From the NCBI RefSeq assembly GCF_009914755.1, contig NC_060929.1: a stretch of DNA of 64,000 nucleotides; one strand, 5' to 3'. Both the position numbers and the translations under genes were made by a program. This stretch comes from the human T2T-CHM13v2.0 reference genome, Homo sapiens. The notes below the pieces were generated by a model, which searched no databases, was not told where the DNA came from, and saw nothing but the letters and a program-made list of their open reading frames with translations. Positions 30,216-43,910 of the stretch are shown here, in pieces. Numbering within the stretch: the stretch's first letter is position 1; the number at the start of each line of letters is the position of its first letter.

Positions 30216-30873
30216 GTAGGCCCTTGGGGGAGAGGAAGAAGTGGTGATGAATTGGCACCATTGACAGCCAGAGGGCAGTTTTGTGGTCCAAACATAGTTC
30301 CTTCTAGTCCCTTCTCCAAGATAAGTACCTTCGTCCACATATTGGTCATTAAATTAACTATACAAGGCAAATTGTGAGGCAACTTTCATTGCTTCTAAGT
30401 AGACAGCAGCCCTATTTCTATGTGTGCCAAATGTGTAGTCCCTTTAAAGCAATCAATAAATCATCCTGATACTATCTTAGAGAGGTAGGTTTTACTATAA
30501 TCACATCTCTACCAAAATACGCAGTTAAAGCTTATGCATGAGGGTTAAGAAGGATAACAACTGGGCCAACTTATATTACACAAAGGCCTGTATAGCTGAG
30601 GGCAAGTGACAGTGGCCCTAATGCCATTGGTTTCTTCTTAGGAAAGCCAGTGCCGGTCTCCAAAAATGCAGCTTCTTCCTAAGAATTTCAGAAGCTCAAA
30701 GTCTCCAAGAATGAGAGTTGTAGGTATAAAAAGTATAGAAAAGAAGATAGCGAAGTTGAATAGATTAGTGAGGGTTCTCACTTAATGATATTCAGGCAAC
30801 GTTGTATATTGATTTTTGCTTTTGAAGAAGTGAGGAAATAGCATTCTTTTGTGTTGTCTTTTTTCTTCTTCAG

Positions 30874-30974
30874 ATATTGTTATCCAGTATCCTCAGTTCT
30901 TTGGCCACTCCTATGTAACGTTTGAACCTCTGAAGAATTCTTATCAGGCATTTCAAATTACTCTTGAATTTAGG
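30874..30974 (+). CDS. EGFLAM: EGFLAM coding exon, 101 nt, phase 1->0: start of LamG1 ([14 protein letters not shown]...ITLEFR)
   Basis: Acceptor tttttcttcttcag|, donor AGG|gtaaga; LamG F-x-G-x-S-Y motif. Confidence 0.96.
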
Positions 30975-32072
30975 GTAAGAGGGATGTGTTGTTTGATGAG
31001 TGCTTTTTGGACACTTTAACACAGCAATGTGCTACATTCAAAGGCTGGGGGAGAGGAAGCGGGGCAGCAGGGAGAGCGACGAAAGGTAAATATGACACAG
31101 AGCCTGTCTCTAAACCAGCTCATGAGACAATAGGAATGAAGAGTACATTCACAACATTCAAGTGTGACAGTGAGGAGACGGTGGGTTTGTATATTACTGA
31201 ACTATAGAGTAGCTGGCATGAAGATTGCAAGTGAGAATGTTGGGGTCCGAGCAATGTTGTTCACAATAGTGATTTCTCCCAGGCCAGGATTGAGAAGAAA
31301 CAATGCATTCCCCGTTCCAAAATTGTTTAAAAAGAGAGCCCAATTCTCTGTCTTCATTGTGATAGCTGTCACTGAACAAATAGAAAACTTTTCTTTACGC
31401 AAGCCTTGCTTCGTGAGGGCCCAGTGGAGGTTCTCTGATTTGAATCAACTGCAGATAAGAATTCAGTCAGTGACCTCAGCTTAAACTGATTCTTTTGGGT
31501 ATCTCCAATGATACAAAAAGGTCTGGAGGTCTGGAAAGAAGTCTCATTTGAAGTCATGGCCACAGTGTTGAGTCTTCAAGAAATGACCTGTCTTAGTCTA
31601 AGACCACCAGCACAGCTTTCGGCTGAGCTATTCTTACCATCCTGTTCTCCTGATAGAAGGAAAGAAGCAAATGTGCATGCCTCCCCAGGGGGAGGGAAAT
31701 AGAAAGAACAAAGTGAAAATAGAATTGGATGTACACCAGCAATGTCCTCACTGTGACCGTGGTCTTTGTACATTTGGTTTTCTGAGGCTCTGCAGGTGCA
31801 TCCACAAAGGACAAGTAAAGAGCGGGTCAAAGATGGGGTCACCTTGCTCTCGCCTCACTGCTACCCCTCAGTTTATATCACTGCCATTTGTTTATTGAAA
31901 ATGAACTGGGACCAGGTATCTGGGAGTGAATTGGAGCCCACATGCTTGACCCTTTGTAGATAGGATCGTGGAGGAGAAAATGCTCAAGTTTCACATTTGT
32001 GTCTTTCCAGGTGGTGCCTTAAGGAAGGGGAGGTGCTTACTGTTCATGTGGCTTTTGTTTGTATAATCACAG

Positions 32073-32173
32073 GCGGAGGCAGAGGATGGCTTACTGCTCT
32101 ACTGTGGGGAGAACGAACACGGGAGGGGGGATTTCATGTCCCTGGCTATCATCCGACGCTCCCTGCAGTTCAG
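32073..32173 (+). CDS. EGFLAM: EGFLAM coding exon, 101 nt, phase 0->2: LamG1 ([34 protein letters not shown])
   Basis: Acceptor gtataatcacag|, donor CAG|gtaatt; LamG DGLLLY and DF-x-SL motifs. Confidence 0.96.
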
Positions 32174-32407
32174 GTAATTCCTGCCAAAAGCCTCACACTC
32201 TTTTTTTGTTACATTATCTTACATTATATTTGCCTTTTTATAGTATGAAAAAATATATACAGGATAGGTTCTAGTAGATGAAAGAATGGTTTGTATAAAA
32301 TGAGTTTGAACCAGTTTACCAAATACTGGTGTACTGGGATTGCAGGATAACCTATAAAACTTGGGTTTTGGAAATCATTCATTCATTCAGCAGCACCTAC
32401 AGTGTAA

Positions 32408-32631
32408 CTGGCTCTGGAGGTGTTGTAGAGTGTACCTGGTCCTGGGGATGCTGTTGAACATACCTGATGCTGCAGGTGCTGTTGAATGTACCTGGCACTG
32501 CAGGTGCTGTTGAATGTACCTGGCTCTGGAGGTGCTGTTGAATGTACCTGGCACTGGAGGTGCTGTTGAATGTACCTGGTGCTGGAGGTACTGTTGGATG
32601 TAACTGGTGCTGTAGGTGCTGCTGAATGTTT
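32408..32631. repeat. Minisatellite, 8 x 28 bp (consensus CTGGCWCTGSAGGTGCTGTTGAATGTAC)
   Basis: Units start every 28 nt from 32408 to 32604 without indels. Confidence 0.95.
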
Positions 32632-34216
32632 CTTGAGGAGGGTACCTGGCACTCCTGTCAATCCTGAGGATGCAGAGTGAGCCAAAGGAATACAGTTTCT
32701 TTTCTCTGGAGCTCTAGTGGATGTGATGGGAAGAAGGCTGGGGCCTTCTCATCTCCCTTTGGCAAATGTGGCTGACAGGTGTGGACTGAGAGGAGCCTCC
32801 AACCTCCTATGGGCTTACCATCCTCATCTTCCTCTGGGCTGTGCTGGGAACTCTTTGGCTTGCCTCCACTGCCCTCATCGTTTCTCCCCCAACACACTTT
32901 GGAAGCCACCTTTAGCTTATGTGTGGTCTTCCTGGGGGGCAGAGTTTTGTCGAAGGGTGAAGATTTTAATGAGTCTTGTGGAGGTGTGCACTGCACCTCT
33001 TTGTGAACAACCAACGGGCACCAGCCTTGTCCTTCTCCGTGGCGCACTGGCTGACATCCTAATGGCACCAACCCCCTGCTGCCTGACCTTCAGCATGTGG
33101 CGCAACCTCTCCAAGCCTGCCTTTCCTCATGGGGCTGTTGTGAGGGTTAAATGAGTTAATTCATAAAAGCGCTTAGAGCAGCGTCTGACCCAGAGCAAGT
33201 ACTCAATAAGCATCAGCCATTATTGTCTTCTTAAATTACCTTCAGCATAAAAGTGTTTTTGGTTAAGTTGAAGAAGGCTTCTGAGCATCCCACTTGGGCT
33301 AGAAAATGGGCCCCCATGCTTTACTAAATGATTTGATTCACAGAAGTTTGGTGTTAGCCACCAGGATCTTGGGCGGTGGTTTTCACCTTGTAGGGTCCTA
33401 GCACTTGGAGGATCGGATAGACTCTCAGTAGCACTGGCAGTTGTTAGCTGGTAGCAGCTCTCCAACTATGTAACTCCTGCTGAGTGAATCTGCTATCCTC
33501 TTCAGGGTAAGCCTGTTTTGCAATGCCTCTTGACTGCATCTCACTTCACTGAGGATCTCGAGACAAAGGGAGGGCCTGAGAAGTGGCTGCAGTTAATGCA
33601 AATCCTAGTAAGGAAAATGCCGGCTACGACTCCTTCCCCACCGGCAGTCTCAGGATCCATGTGGAAGAGGCATGGTGGCTATTTGGAAGTGGACCAGAAA
33701 GGTCCAAGATTCCACCTGTTAGGCATAGTGACCATGGGCACTCCTGGGCCATAGGGAGGTTGGGATAAAAACAAGAATAATGCAGCCATCTGAGGACACC
33801 CCTCCTCTGTCTCACCTCACTGCTGAGCCTCCTGTGGACCTCGCCTGTATTGAGGTACAGCTAAGCACAGATGGCAGGGCTGGCCAGCTTGCCAAAATGA
33901 GCCTGAAGACCTGGATTTTTATATTTTATGAATATCACTGAGCTTTATTATTTGAGAGTTTGGAAAGTCCCCAGAGAAATCCCTGGAAACACAGTGACTT
34001 GCATTCTATTCACTGTAGCTTGAATTCACTGTAAGCATTTGGCAATTGCTGAAAACAAGAAGGAGGTCCTTAGTTGCCCATCATTTTCTTTTCTTTTTCT
34101 CTTTCTTATGATTTTTCCTTTACTTTTCTTATGGGTCCTGTCCTTTTCAGAAACAAAGAAGGCTAAATTGCTTCCGAGCAGAAGTGATCATGTACTTCCA
34201 GTCAAAAGAAAATGGG

Positions 34217-34541
<325 letters not shown>

Positions 34542-34552
34542 TCATTAATTTC

Positions 34553-35226
<674 letters not shown>

Positions 35227-35572
35227 TAGTGAATGATGCTGAGGCTTGGGGTACAGATCCCGTCATGCAGGTAGCGAGCACAGTACCCAAATGCCCATGA
35301 TTTTCTAAGTTGCAGAAAAAATCAGGTTAACAAAGGCCCTGCATGGAAAGGTCCTATGGGCAGATGAAAGATAACTAGACGGAGATCGTCCCCAGGAAGA
35401 GGTGCCTAGTTCTTCCCTGTATTGATTTCAACAGCACTTGATATTCATAAACATGACTCTGAACAGACTGACTCTGAAGGGAGCTGTTGACCTGGAAGTG
35501 ACGTCCACGGAATCTGAAAACATAATGGCCTGGTTCGTCAAGAAATCTTCTTTTCCTTTTCCTCCCCAACAG

Positions 35573-35717
35573 GTTTAATTGTGGAACTGGGGTTGCCATC
35601 ATCGTAAGTGAGACCAAAATCAAACTAGGGGGTTGGCACACGGTTATGCTCTACAGAGATGGGCTGAACGGGCTGCTGCAGCTGAACAATGGCACCCCAG
35701 TGACAGGCCAGTCTCAG
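35573..35717 (+). CDS. EGFLAM: EGFLAM coding exon, 145 nt, phase 2->0: LamG1 ([24 protein letters not shown]...TGQSQ)
   Basis: Acceptor ttttcctccccaacag|, donor CAG|gtatgt; WH-x-V motif. Confidence 0.96.
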
Positions 35718-36058
35718 GTATGTATGAGCCCCACACCCTGCCCACCCCACATACCACCCACCATAAGTCTCCTGAGAAGGGCTTACTGCAGAGAGCCGTG
35801 GCAGAGTCTGCAGGATTCAAGTTCTGGATGGGCTTGGTAAGGCCTATTTCTCATGGTGAACCCATGCAACAGACCTTTGATGTGCTACTGAGTGGTCTTG
35901 CACTCCAGGTGAGCTTTCAGGGCACACATCCACCGCACATCTACCAAAGAGAAGAATTAAACTTGCAAGCATCATTGCTGTTGGTGCATAGGTCCATGTT
36001 GCAGGACTGTGCCCAAGGACATGTTCTCTTTCCCTAAGTACATCAAAGCCAGCAGTAG

Positions 36059-36410
<352 letters not shown>

Positions 36411-36824
36411 TAGTGTCAAACACAAAGCTTGCTTTTAGGGCAGGAGTGTTGCAATCCTGTGCTTTAGAAGACAGTCTTGAAAGGTTCACTTGGTTCAAAA
36501 TGCAGGAATAAGCTGTTCATCTACCTTTGAGGGGGGCCGTAATTGTAGGAAATGGTTAAAAAAAAAAAGTTGGACTGTTGGGCTACTCAGCAAATCACCT
36601 AGTATTCACATATTTGTTATGGTCTGGGCAATTTTAGGACTATGTTCAGAATAAACAGTTTGGATTAGCAGCCTGCCAGGGAACTGAGCCTATAATTATA
36701 ATCAGGCAGGTGTCTGTATTCTCCAAGGAAAAATGTAGCAAGAAAGCCTTTGTTTATATGTCTAGAGCTTCCTCCCTGCCTGGGCTCCTCTCTACTCTTT
36801 GCCAGCAAGACACATTATATAAAG

Positions 36825-37164
36825 CAGTGGTCCCCAACCTTTTTGGCACGAGGGACCAGTTTTGTGGAAGTCAATTTTTCCACGGACCAAAGTTGGGGGA
36901 TGGTTTCGGGATAAACTGTTCCATCTCAGACCATCAGGCATGGTTAGAGTCTCAGAAGGAGCGTGTAACCTGGATCCCTCGCATGCGCAGTTCACAACAG
37001 GGTTCGTGCTCCTGTAAGAATCTAATGGCACAGCTGATCTGACAGAAGACGGAGCTCAGGCGGAGATGCTCGCTCACCCCGCCACTCACCTTCTGCTGCG
37101 CACCCTGCTTCCTAACAGGCCACAGACTGGTATGGGTCCATGGCCCAGGGGTTGGGGACCCCTG
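36825..37164. mobile_element. MER1B hAT DNA transposon
   Basis: TIRs cagtggtccccaacc / ggttggggacccctg; perfect 8-bp TSD ATATAAAG at 36817-36824 and 37165-37172. Confidence 0.92.
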
Positions 37165-37329
37165 ATATAAAGGGCTATGCCTTGCTGACACCCTGCCTTC
37201 CAAAATATAGAAGAAAATATCTCATTAGTTTGGATCCCAGTGATTCCAAAGGATTAAGAATTCAAATTTAGTAAATGTGAATCCAGGGAGATTGTTTATG
37301 CTCAGATGGCTAGGTAAGAAAAAGACAGG

Positions 37330-38120
37330 GTCAGCGAACTGCATCAGTGCCAGGACTATAGGTCTAACATGATAAAAGTTAGTTTGATAGGAATAAAGAA
37401 ACTTCTAGCTTGGGTCCAAAATACTAACATGAAGACAGAATGGGGAAGCTACAATAGAAGCCTGTGAAAATGTCTAATCGCTTAAAGTGGGGGAAGTTCC
37501 ATAGCTGTTAACAAACAGGGTCATGTGGTAACAAGAAGCTAAAGAATTATAGGCTGTGTTAACGGAGTCATAGCATCTAAAAAAGGGAGGTGATGATCTT
37601 ATTCTATTCTGGTGACTATGTGATAGCTTCTAGTGACTCAGATGGTGACTCTAATCCTCCGAGAGGATTACATTCACATCTGGATCACATTCTAAGAAGG
37701 CTGCAGACAAATTGGAGCAGTTCCGGGGTAGTCACCCAAACTGGAAGATGACTTGAAATCCCTTCAATGATTGATTGAAGGAGCAATGTTTAGTTTGGAG
37801 AAGAGAAGATGAAGGCATGCAAGGTGGCTTTTCATTATAGAGTCAAAGGGAGAGTCTTGGGAAAGAAAGATTTACTCCATGGACCCCCCCTCAAGGCCAG
37901 AGCTGAATGGAGTGAGCCTCAGGAGGTCGATTTTAGCTTCACCTAATCATACAAAGGGACAGAAGTGCAACAGACTATCTCAGGAGAGGGGGGCATCCTT
38001 GGGAGGTGTTCAAGGCATAACTTATCTAAACTTCTTGTTAGGGATGTACCAGGAATCCAACAGCCAGTGAAAGCTTGAATTATAAGAGTTTTTATATTTT
38101 TTGTTAATCTCAAGATTCTA
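37330..38120 (+). mobile_element. L3/CR1 LINE fragment
   Basis: gacaaattggagcagttcc and atgtttagtttggagaagagaag resemble the CR1/L3 ORF2 3' region; boundaries approximate. Confidence 0.6.
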
Positions 38121-38148
38121 TGATTTTAATGAATATAAGAATTAATTG

Positions 38149-38750
38149 AGCCAGGCACAGTGGCTCATGCCTCCAATACCATTACTTTGGGAGGCTGAGG
38201 TGGGTGGATCACTTGAAGTCAGGAGTTCGAGACCAGCCTGGCCAACATGTGAAACCTTGTCTCTACTAAAAATATAAAAAAATTAGCCAGGCGTGGTGGT
38301 GGGCGCCTGTAATCCTAGCTACTCAGGAGGCTGAGGCAGGAAAATTGCCTGAACCTGGGAGGCAGAGGTTGCAGTGAGCTTAGATTGCGCTACTGCACTC
38401 CATCCTGGGCTGCAGAGCAAGACTCCATCTCAAAAAAAAAAAAAGAAAAGAATTAAGAATTAATTTGATTGCCAGGCACAGTGGCTCACGCCTATAATTC
38501 CCACACTTTGGGAAGCCAAGGCAGGAGGATCACTTGAACTCAGCCTAGCCTAGGCAACATGGTGAAGCCCCATCTCTACCAAAAACAGAAAAATTAGCCA
38601 GGTGTGGTGGCATATGCCTGTAGTCCCAGCTACTTGGGAGGCTGAGGAGGGAGGATCACTTGAGCCCAGGAGGTGAAGCCTGCAGTGAGCCATGTTTGAG
38701 CCTATGAATAGCCCTGCACTTCAGCCTGGGTAACATAGCCAGACCCCATT
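38149..38750 (+). mobile_element. AluS (38149-38450) and AluJ (38470-38750)
   Basis: Two sense Alus; the second is interrupted just before its tail by the THE1 LTR. Confidence 0.9.
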
Positions 38751-39120
38751 TGTATTAGTCCGTTCTCATACTGCTATGAAGAAACACCTGAGACTGGGTA
38801 ATTTATGAAGAAAAGAGGTTTAATTGACTTACAGTTCTGCATGGCTGGGAAGGCCTCAGGAAACTTACAATCATGGTGGAAGGGGAAGCAAACACGTCCT
38901 TCTTTATGTGGCAGCAGCAAGGAGAAGTGCTGGGCAAACGGGGAAAAGCCCTTTATAAAACTATCAGATCTCATGAGAACTCACTACCACGAGAACAGCA
39001 TGGGGGTAACCACCCCCATGATTCAATTACCTCCCACTGAGTCCCTCCCACGACCCGTGGGGATTATAGGAGCTACAATTCAAGATGATATTTGGGTGGA
39101 GACACAGCCAAGCCATATCA
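38751..39120 (-). mobile_element. THE1 (MaLR) solo LTR
   Basis: tgtattagtccgttctcatactgctat...gacacagccaagccatatca; 370 bp. Confidence 0.92.
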
Positions 39121-40140
39121 TCATGTTTTTTTTTTAAAAAAATAAGTAATTGCAAGAAGCATGTAGCTTTATGGATACTCAGGCTGTAGATTGCCTCCAT
39201 ACTAATGAGACTTGCTAAGCAAGTTGTAAAGCAGGACCACAGATGTGGCTGTTTAATAAGCTTTCTGAGAGACACTGATTCTATCTGAAGTGGGATTCCC
39301 CAGCAACAGACCTGAGATGTGGAGTCCTGTGCAAGTGATGTATTAAGAAAGTGCTCCCAGGAGAAACTGCTAAGAGAGAGGAGACGGACAGGGAAGAAGA
39401 GGATATCAGCAAGAGTGAGATCTCAGGCCAAGTTTTTCAGGGTATGGCTTCTGCCTGATCCAGTAGAGGAGCTCTGGAGTACAAATTATACCTCAGACTC
39501 ATCCGAAACTGTTAAGGGCTGTCCTGGGAGAATGTGAATTCCAGGGCACTTCCATTTCTCTGTACAGGCAGGCAAAGCAAGCTCCAGGGATCAGAAGGCA
39601 ACCCTCATCTGAAATGTAAAAGCCAGGTTTGAAGACTGTTGCCCGGGATCTTGCGAAGGGCACAGCAAAATAGCTACCCACCCCTACAAGGCACTTTATG
39701 CTCTAGAAAAGGATTGAGCTGTCAGGCCTTCTGCTGTGGTCCCAGATCATGGAACAAAACTGGAAGGGCCAGGATGGGATCCAGAAGAAGTGAATTCTGA
39801 GAATCTTGGTGAAAGAAGCCAAGAGGACATTTAACTCATCTAATGAAAGCAGCATGCTCAGTGGCTGGCAAACAGCGTAACCTGACCCTGAAAACCCACT
39901 TCCTAGCTTGTGTTGAGTCTACTATTTACAAATGATTCTTATCTCTTCATCAGAAAAGATAAAACAATCATTAGATTTTCCACTTGCTGGTAACAGAAGT
40001 TTAAAGTATCAAGATTATGTTTCAGAGTCTTACACTCTGAACATTTTATAAGTTCTGGCAGCGTGCCTTTCCCTGACACCCTTCCTTACCCTGTAATGCA
40101 GATAAATGAGATATTTTGGTCATAAAAAAAAGAATGACCA

Positions 40141-40450
40141 GGCCGGGCGTGGTAGCTCATGCCAGTAATCCCAGCACTTTGGGAGACTGAGGCAGGTAGA
40201 TCACGAGGTCAGGAGTTTGAGACCAGCCTGACCAACGTGGTGAAACCTCGTTTCTAAAAATACAAAATTAGCTAGGCGTGGTGACACATGCCTGTAATCC
40301 CAGCTACTCAGGAGGCTGAGACAGGAGAATTGCTTGAACCTGGGAGGCGGAGGTTACGGTGAGCCAGGATGGTGCCTTTGCACTCCAGCCTGGGAGACAG
40401 AGCGAGACTCTGTCTCAAAAAAAAAAAAAAAAAAAAACAAAAAAAAAAGG
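40141..40450 (+). mobile_element. AluS
   Basis: Full dimer with a long A tail. Confidence 0.95.
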
Positions 40451-41133
40451 CCAAGGGTGACTTAATTTTGTCCCATCTAATCTTCAGCTCTGTATTTTGT
40501 AACCTTTAAACCTGCAATCCAGATTGTGGTTTGGTCTAAGATGGGAAGTTTCCCTACCTCACTGTAAAAAAAAGAAGTCATATTCATAAGCAAATTTCAA
40601 AACACTTTGCATCATAATCTGTTTGGTAATTCCCCTCCACCCCCCGTCCACCCCAACAATGTTTCTCTCAGGATATAGTATAAAGGTGACTAGGACAGTG
40701 AAAAGGTAATTGTTAGCCACTGTATACAAAATTAGTATTATCACCTTTGGAGGCACAGAATAGCCCCCTAAGATCCTTCCAAAGTACACAGTCAACTGGT
40801 GTCAAGACTGGAAAGAGAACGTTTTTGTTGGATGCCTAGCATGGTTCACTGCCTGGTGGGTGAGGCGTGTCTCTGACCTCCCTTCCCTTCCCTTCTAGAC
40901 ATTCCAAAATCCTCCCTTCTGGAAGCACAGCCCTCTGAGAAACTCACTGAGCTCCCTACGGTAATCGTGGGTTTAATTTTCCAGTAAGGCAAGGTCTTAA
41001 AGATAAATACAGATGGAAGAAAATGCTGGGGCTGTCACTGACGTCTTAACCATGTCCCTCATAAAAATCTGGTGTGTTTTGGCTTTTGATTTTGTTTAGT
41101 GAGAGTATTCATGAGTGGTCATCTTTCTTAAAG

Positions 41134-41323
41134 GGCCAATACAGTAAAATTACTTTCCGGACACCTCTCTATCTTGGTGGCGCTCCCAGCGCTTACTGGT
41201 TGGTTAGAGCAACAGGGACAAACCGAGGCTTTCAAGGCTGTGTGCAGTCGCTCGCTGTGAATGGGAGGAGAATTGACATGAGGCCCTGGCCCCTGGGAAA
41301 AGCACTCAGTGGGGCTGATGTGG
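41134..41323 (+). CDS. EGFLAM: EGFLAM coding exon, 190 nt, phase 0->1: end of LamG1 ([16 protein letters not shown]...FQGCV...GADV)
   Basis: Acceptor atctttcttaaag|, donor TGG|gtaagt; LYLGG and FxGC motifs. Confidence 0.95.
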
Positions 41324-41980
41324 GTAAGTGGCTGCCTGGTGGGTTGGGGTACTCTTATGGGACTTATGTCTTATGGGACTGCCTTTCTGGCTTGGGCCAT
41401 GGAGGGAGCAGCAACATTAGGTGCTACCCTGGGAAGCTGGTACCTTCAGAACATCAGGAGGGAGGTGGGCCTCAGGGGTGAGGCTGGTGCTCTGCAGACA
41501 TGCTGCTGACCCCGCATCTGAACACCAAGATATGGTAACAGTATGGTGCACCAAACCCTGGTTCTGTCCTGCTAGCAATTTGGGCCTCATCATGAAATAT
41601 GGCATGGTCTTACTGGACAAAGCAACAAGCGATCCAGCCCTTTTACCTTACCTCACCCAGTCCAGTGGAAGAACCAACACAGTAATGTAAGAAGAGCTTT
41701 CATACACTCTCTGTTTCTTAAAGAAGTGGTCACATTCTAATTTGTGATCGCTGTGCCAAACATCTTCTCATATGCTCTCTCATTTACTTTCACACTAACG
41801 CTAAGAGGTAGAAGTTATTATCATGCCCATTTTACAGATGAGGAAACTGGGGCTTGCAGAAGTTAAATAACTTATTGAAAGTAGCAGGCAGAGCTAGGCT
41901 TATTTTTAAAGCAATAAGGACATTTATTCTATCACTGAAGGCAGCAGGTAGATAATTCCCAGGTTGGTTAATTCAGGGAC

Positions 41981-42361
41981 TGTCTACTAGAGCTGCCATA
42001 ACAAAATACTGCAGACTGGGCAAGTTAAACATCAGAAATTAATTTTCTCACAGTTCTGGAGGCTGGAAGTCCCAGATCAAGGTGCCAGCCAATTTGGTTC
42101 CTGGAGAGGCCTCTCTCCTTGGCTTGCAGATGGCCACCTTCTCGCTGTGTGCTCGTGGGATCTTTCCTCCATGTGTGCACACCCCTGGTATGTCTGTATG
42201 TCCAAATATCATCCTATAAGGACACCAATCGGACTGGATTAGGTCCCCACTCTTATGACCTCAATTAACCTTAAATACCTCCTTAAAGATACTATCTCCA
42301 AATACAGGGAATTAGGACTTCAACTGTGAATTTTGGGGGAAAAGCTGTTCAGTTCATAACA
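41981..42361 (-). mobile_element. MLT1A/B-like MaLR LTR
   Basis: gctgccataacaaaatac...tctcacagttctggaggctggaagtcc...ttcagttcataaca. Confidence 0.8.
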
Positions 42362-42813
42362 GGGTCTCTATGATATCAGGACTCTGGGTCGATATCCCTA
42401 TGATACTCTCCTTTTCACTCACTACTCTAAGCGTCACATCCTCATGACTTTGTCCTTGGCAAGAAATGGCAAGTCTCCTCCTTGAATCTCTTTTCCCTCC
42501 ATCTCTAAGATGCTATTTTGAAAGAATGCACAGTGAACAGCATAGTCTCACTGCCTAGATTCTACCGTTAACATTTTGCTGCATTTTCTTGACCACATAT
42601 CAATTCATCCCTTTCTCCATTCCTCAGTCAGAGGTAGGATTCGATCCTCATGACTCCTAGAACAGTTTTTTGTTTTGTTTGTTTTTCTTGTAGCTAATAT
42701 TATTAGTTGAGCACCTACTTTAAGTAGGCACCATTCTAAATTACTTTGATCTTTCCAAGGTTATTGTGAAGTAGGTGCTATCATTAGCCTTACTTTACAG
42801 ATAAGAACCAATG

Positions 42814-43135
<322 letters not shown>

Positions 43136-43879
43136 CAATGGTACAGAACAGTTAAGTAACTTGCCCAAGGTCACACAGCTAGTAAGTGGTAGAGTCTAAT
43201 GTGACCTCAGCCATTCTGGCACAAGTGACTACCCTCTTACCAAAATCAGCTACATCAATGGCTACCAAATTGTTTCCCTCCACCTTGTTCACTCCTATAG
43301 GTGATGCCATTGTTATAACTATAAAAGATGAAGTTTACTTAACAAAAATAGTTTACCATCCATTGATTACTTGGTCAAAGTAAACAGTAAGCAGCAATGA
43401 CTGAAACAATTATTAAAGCTGTCACTATGGTAGGACAATGTCTCCAAAATCCATCTTCTTTCTGTGATGATTCAGAACATAAGAACCAGCCATTCCATCA
43501 GGAGTCACATGCCTTGCTTATGAGCCTGGACTCTGAAGGCAGATTGCCTGGATTTGAAAAATTTTTGCAACTCAGTCTCCCCATCTAGAAATAGTAGCTG
43601 CCTCATAAGATTATTTTGTTTAAATGAGTTGTGGTGTGTAAAAAGCACTTAGAATAGGGCTTTGCACATCGCAAACATTTCGTAAATGTTTCCTGTTATT
43701 AATATTGTTATTCATATTCTAACCCTCCCATCAAATCAGCTATAATCTGTTTCTTCAGGGGAACAGCCCTGAATAAACCTGGTAGTCCTGAAATGGCATG
43801 GCAACCTCTGACAGGTAGTTCAGAGGTTGTAAAGTTGGGCAAGAACTGATTTCTGCCAGCTTTGTTAATTCTGACACAG

Positions 43880-43910
43880 TGCGATACCCACTTTTCCAGC
43901 AGGTGGCACC
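43880..43910 (+). promoter_or_regulatory. Candidate CTCF site (core plus upstream module)
   Basis: CCAGCAGGTGGCAC at 43896-43909 matches the core CCASYAGRKGGCRS; TGCGATACC lies just upstream. Motif only; binding not shown. Confidence 0.6.

Noticed and set aside
30874-32173. Two consecutive exons of identical length (101 nt)
   Set aside because: Different phases and no sequence similarity, so neither a duplication nor a mutually exclusive pair.
32408-32631. Regularly spaced 28-bp repeats, superficially CRISPR-like
   Set aside because: Units are contiguous with no unique spacers, there are no cas genes, and the context is a eukaryotic intron; it is a minisatellite.
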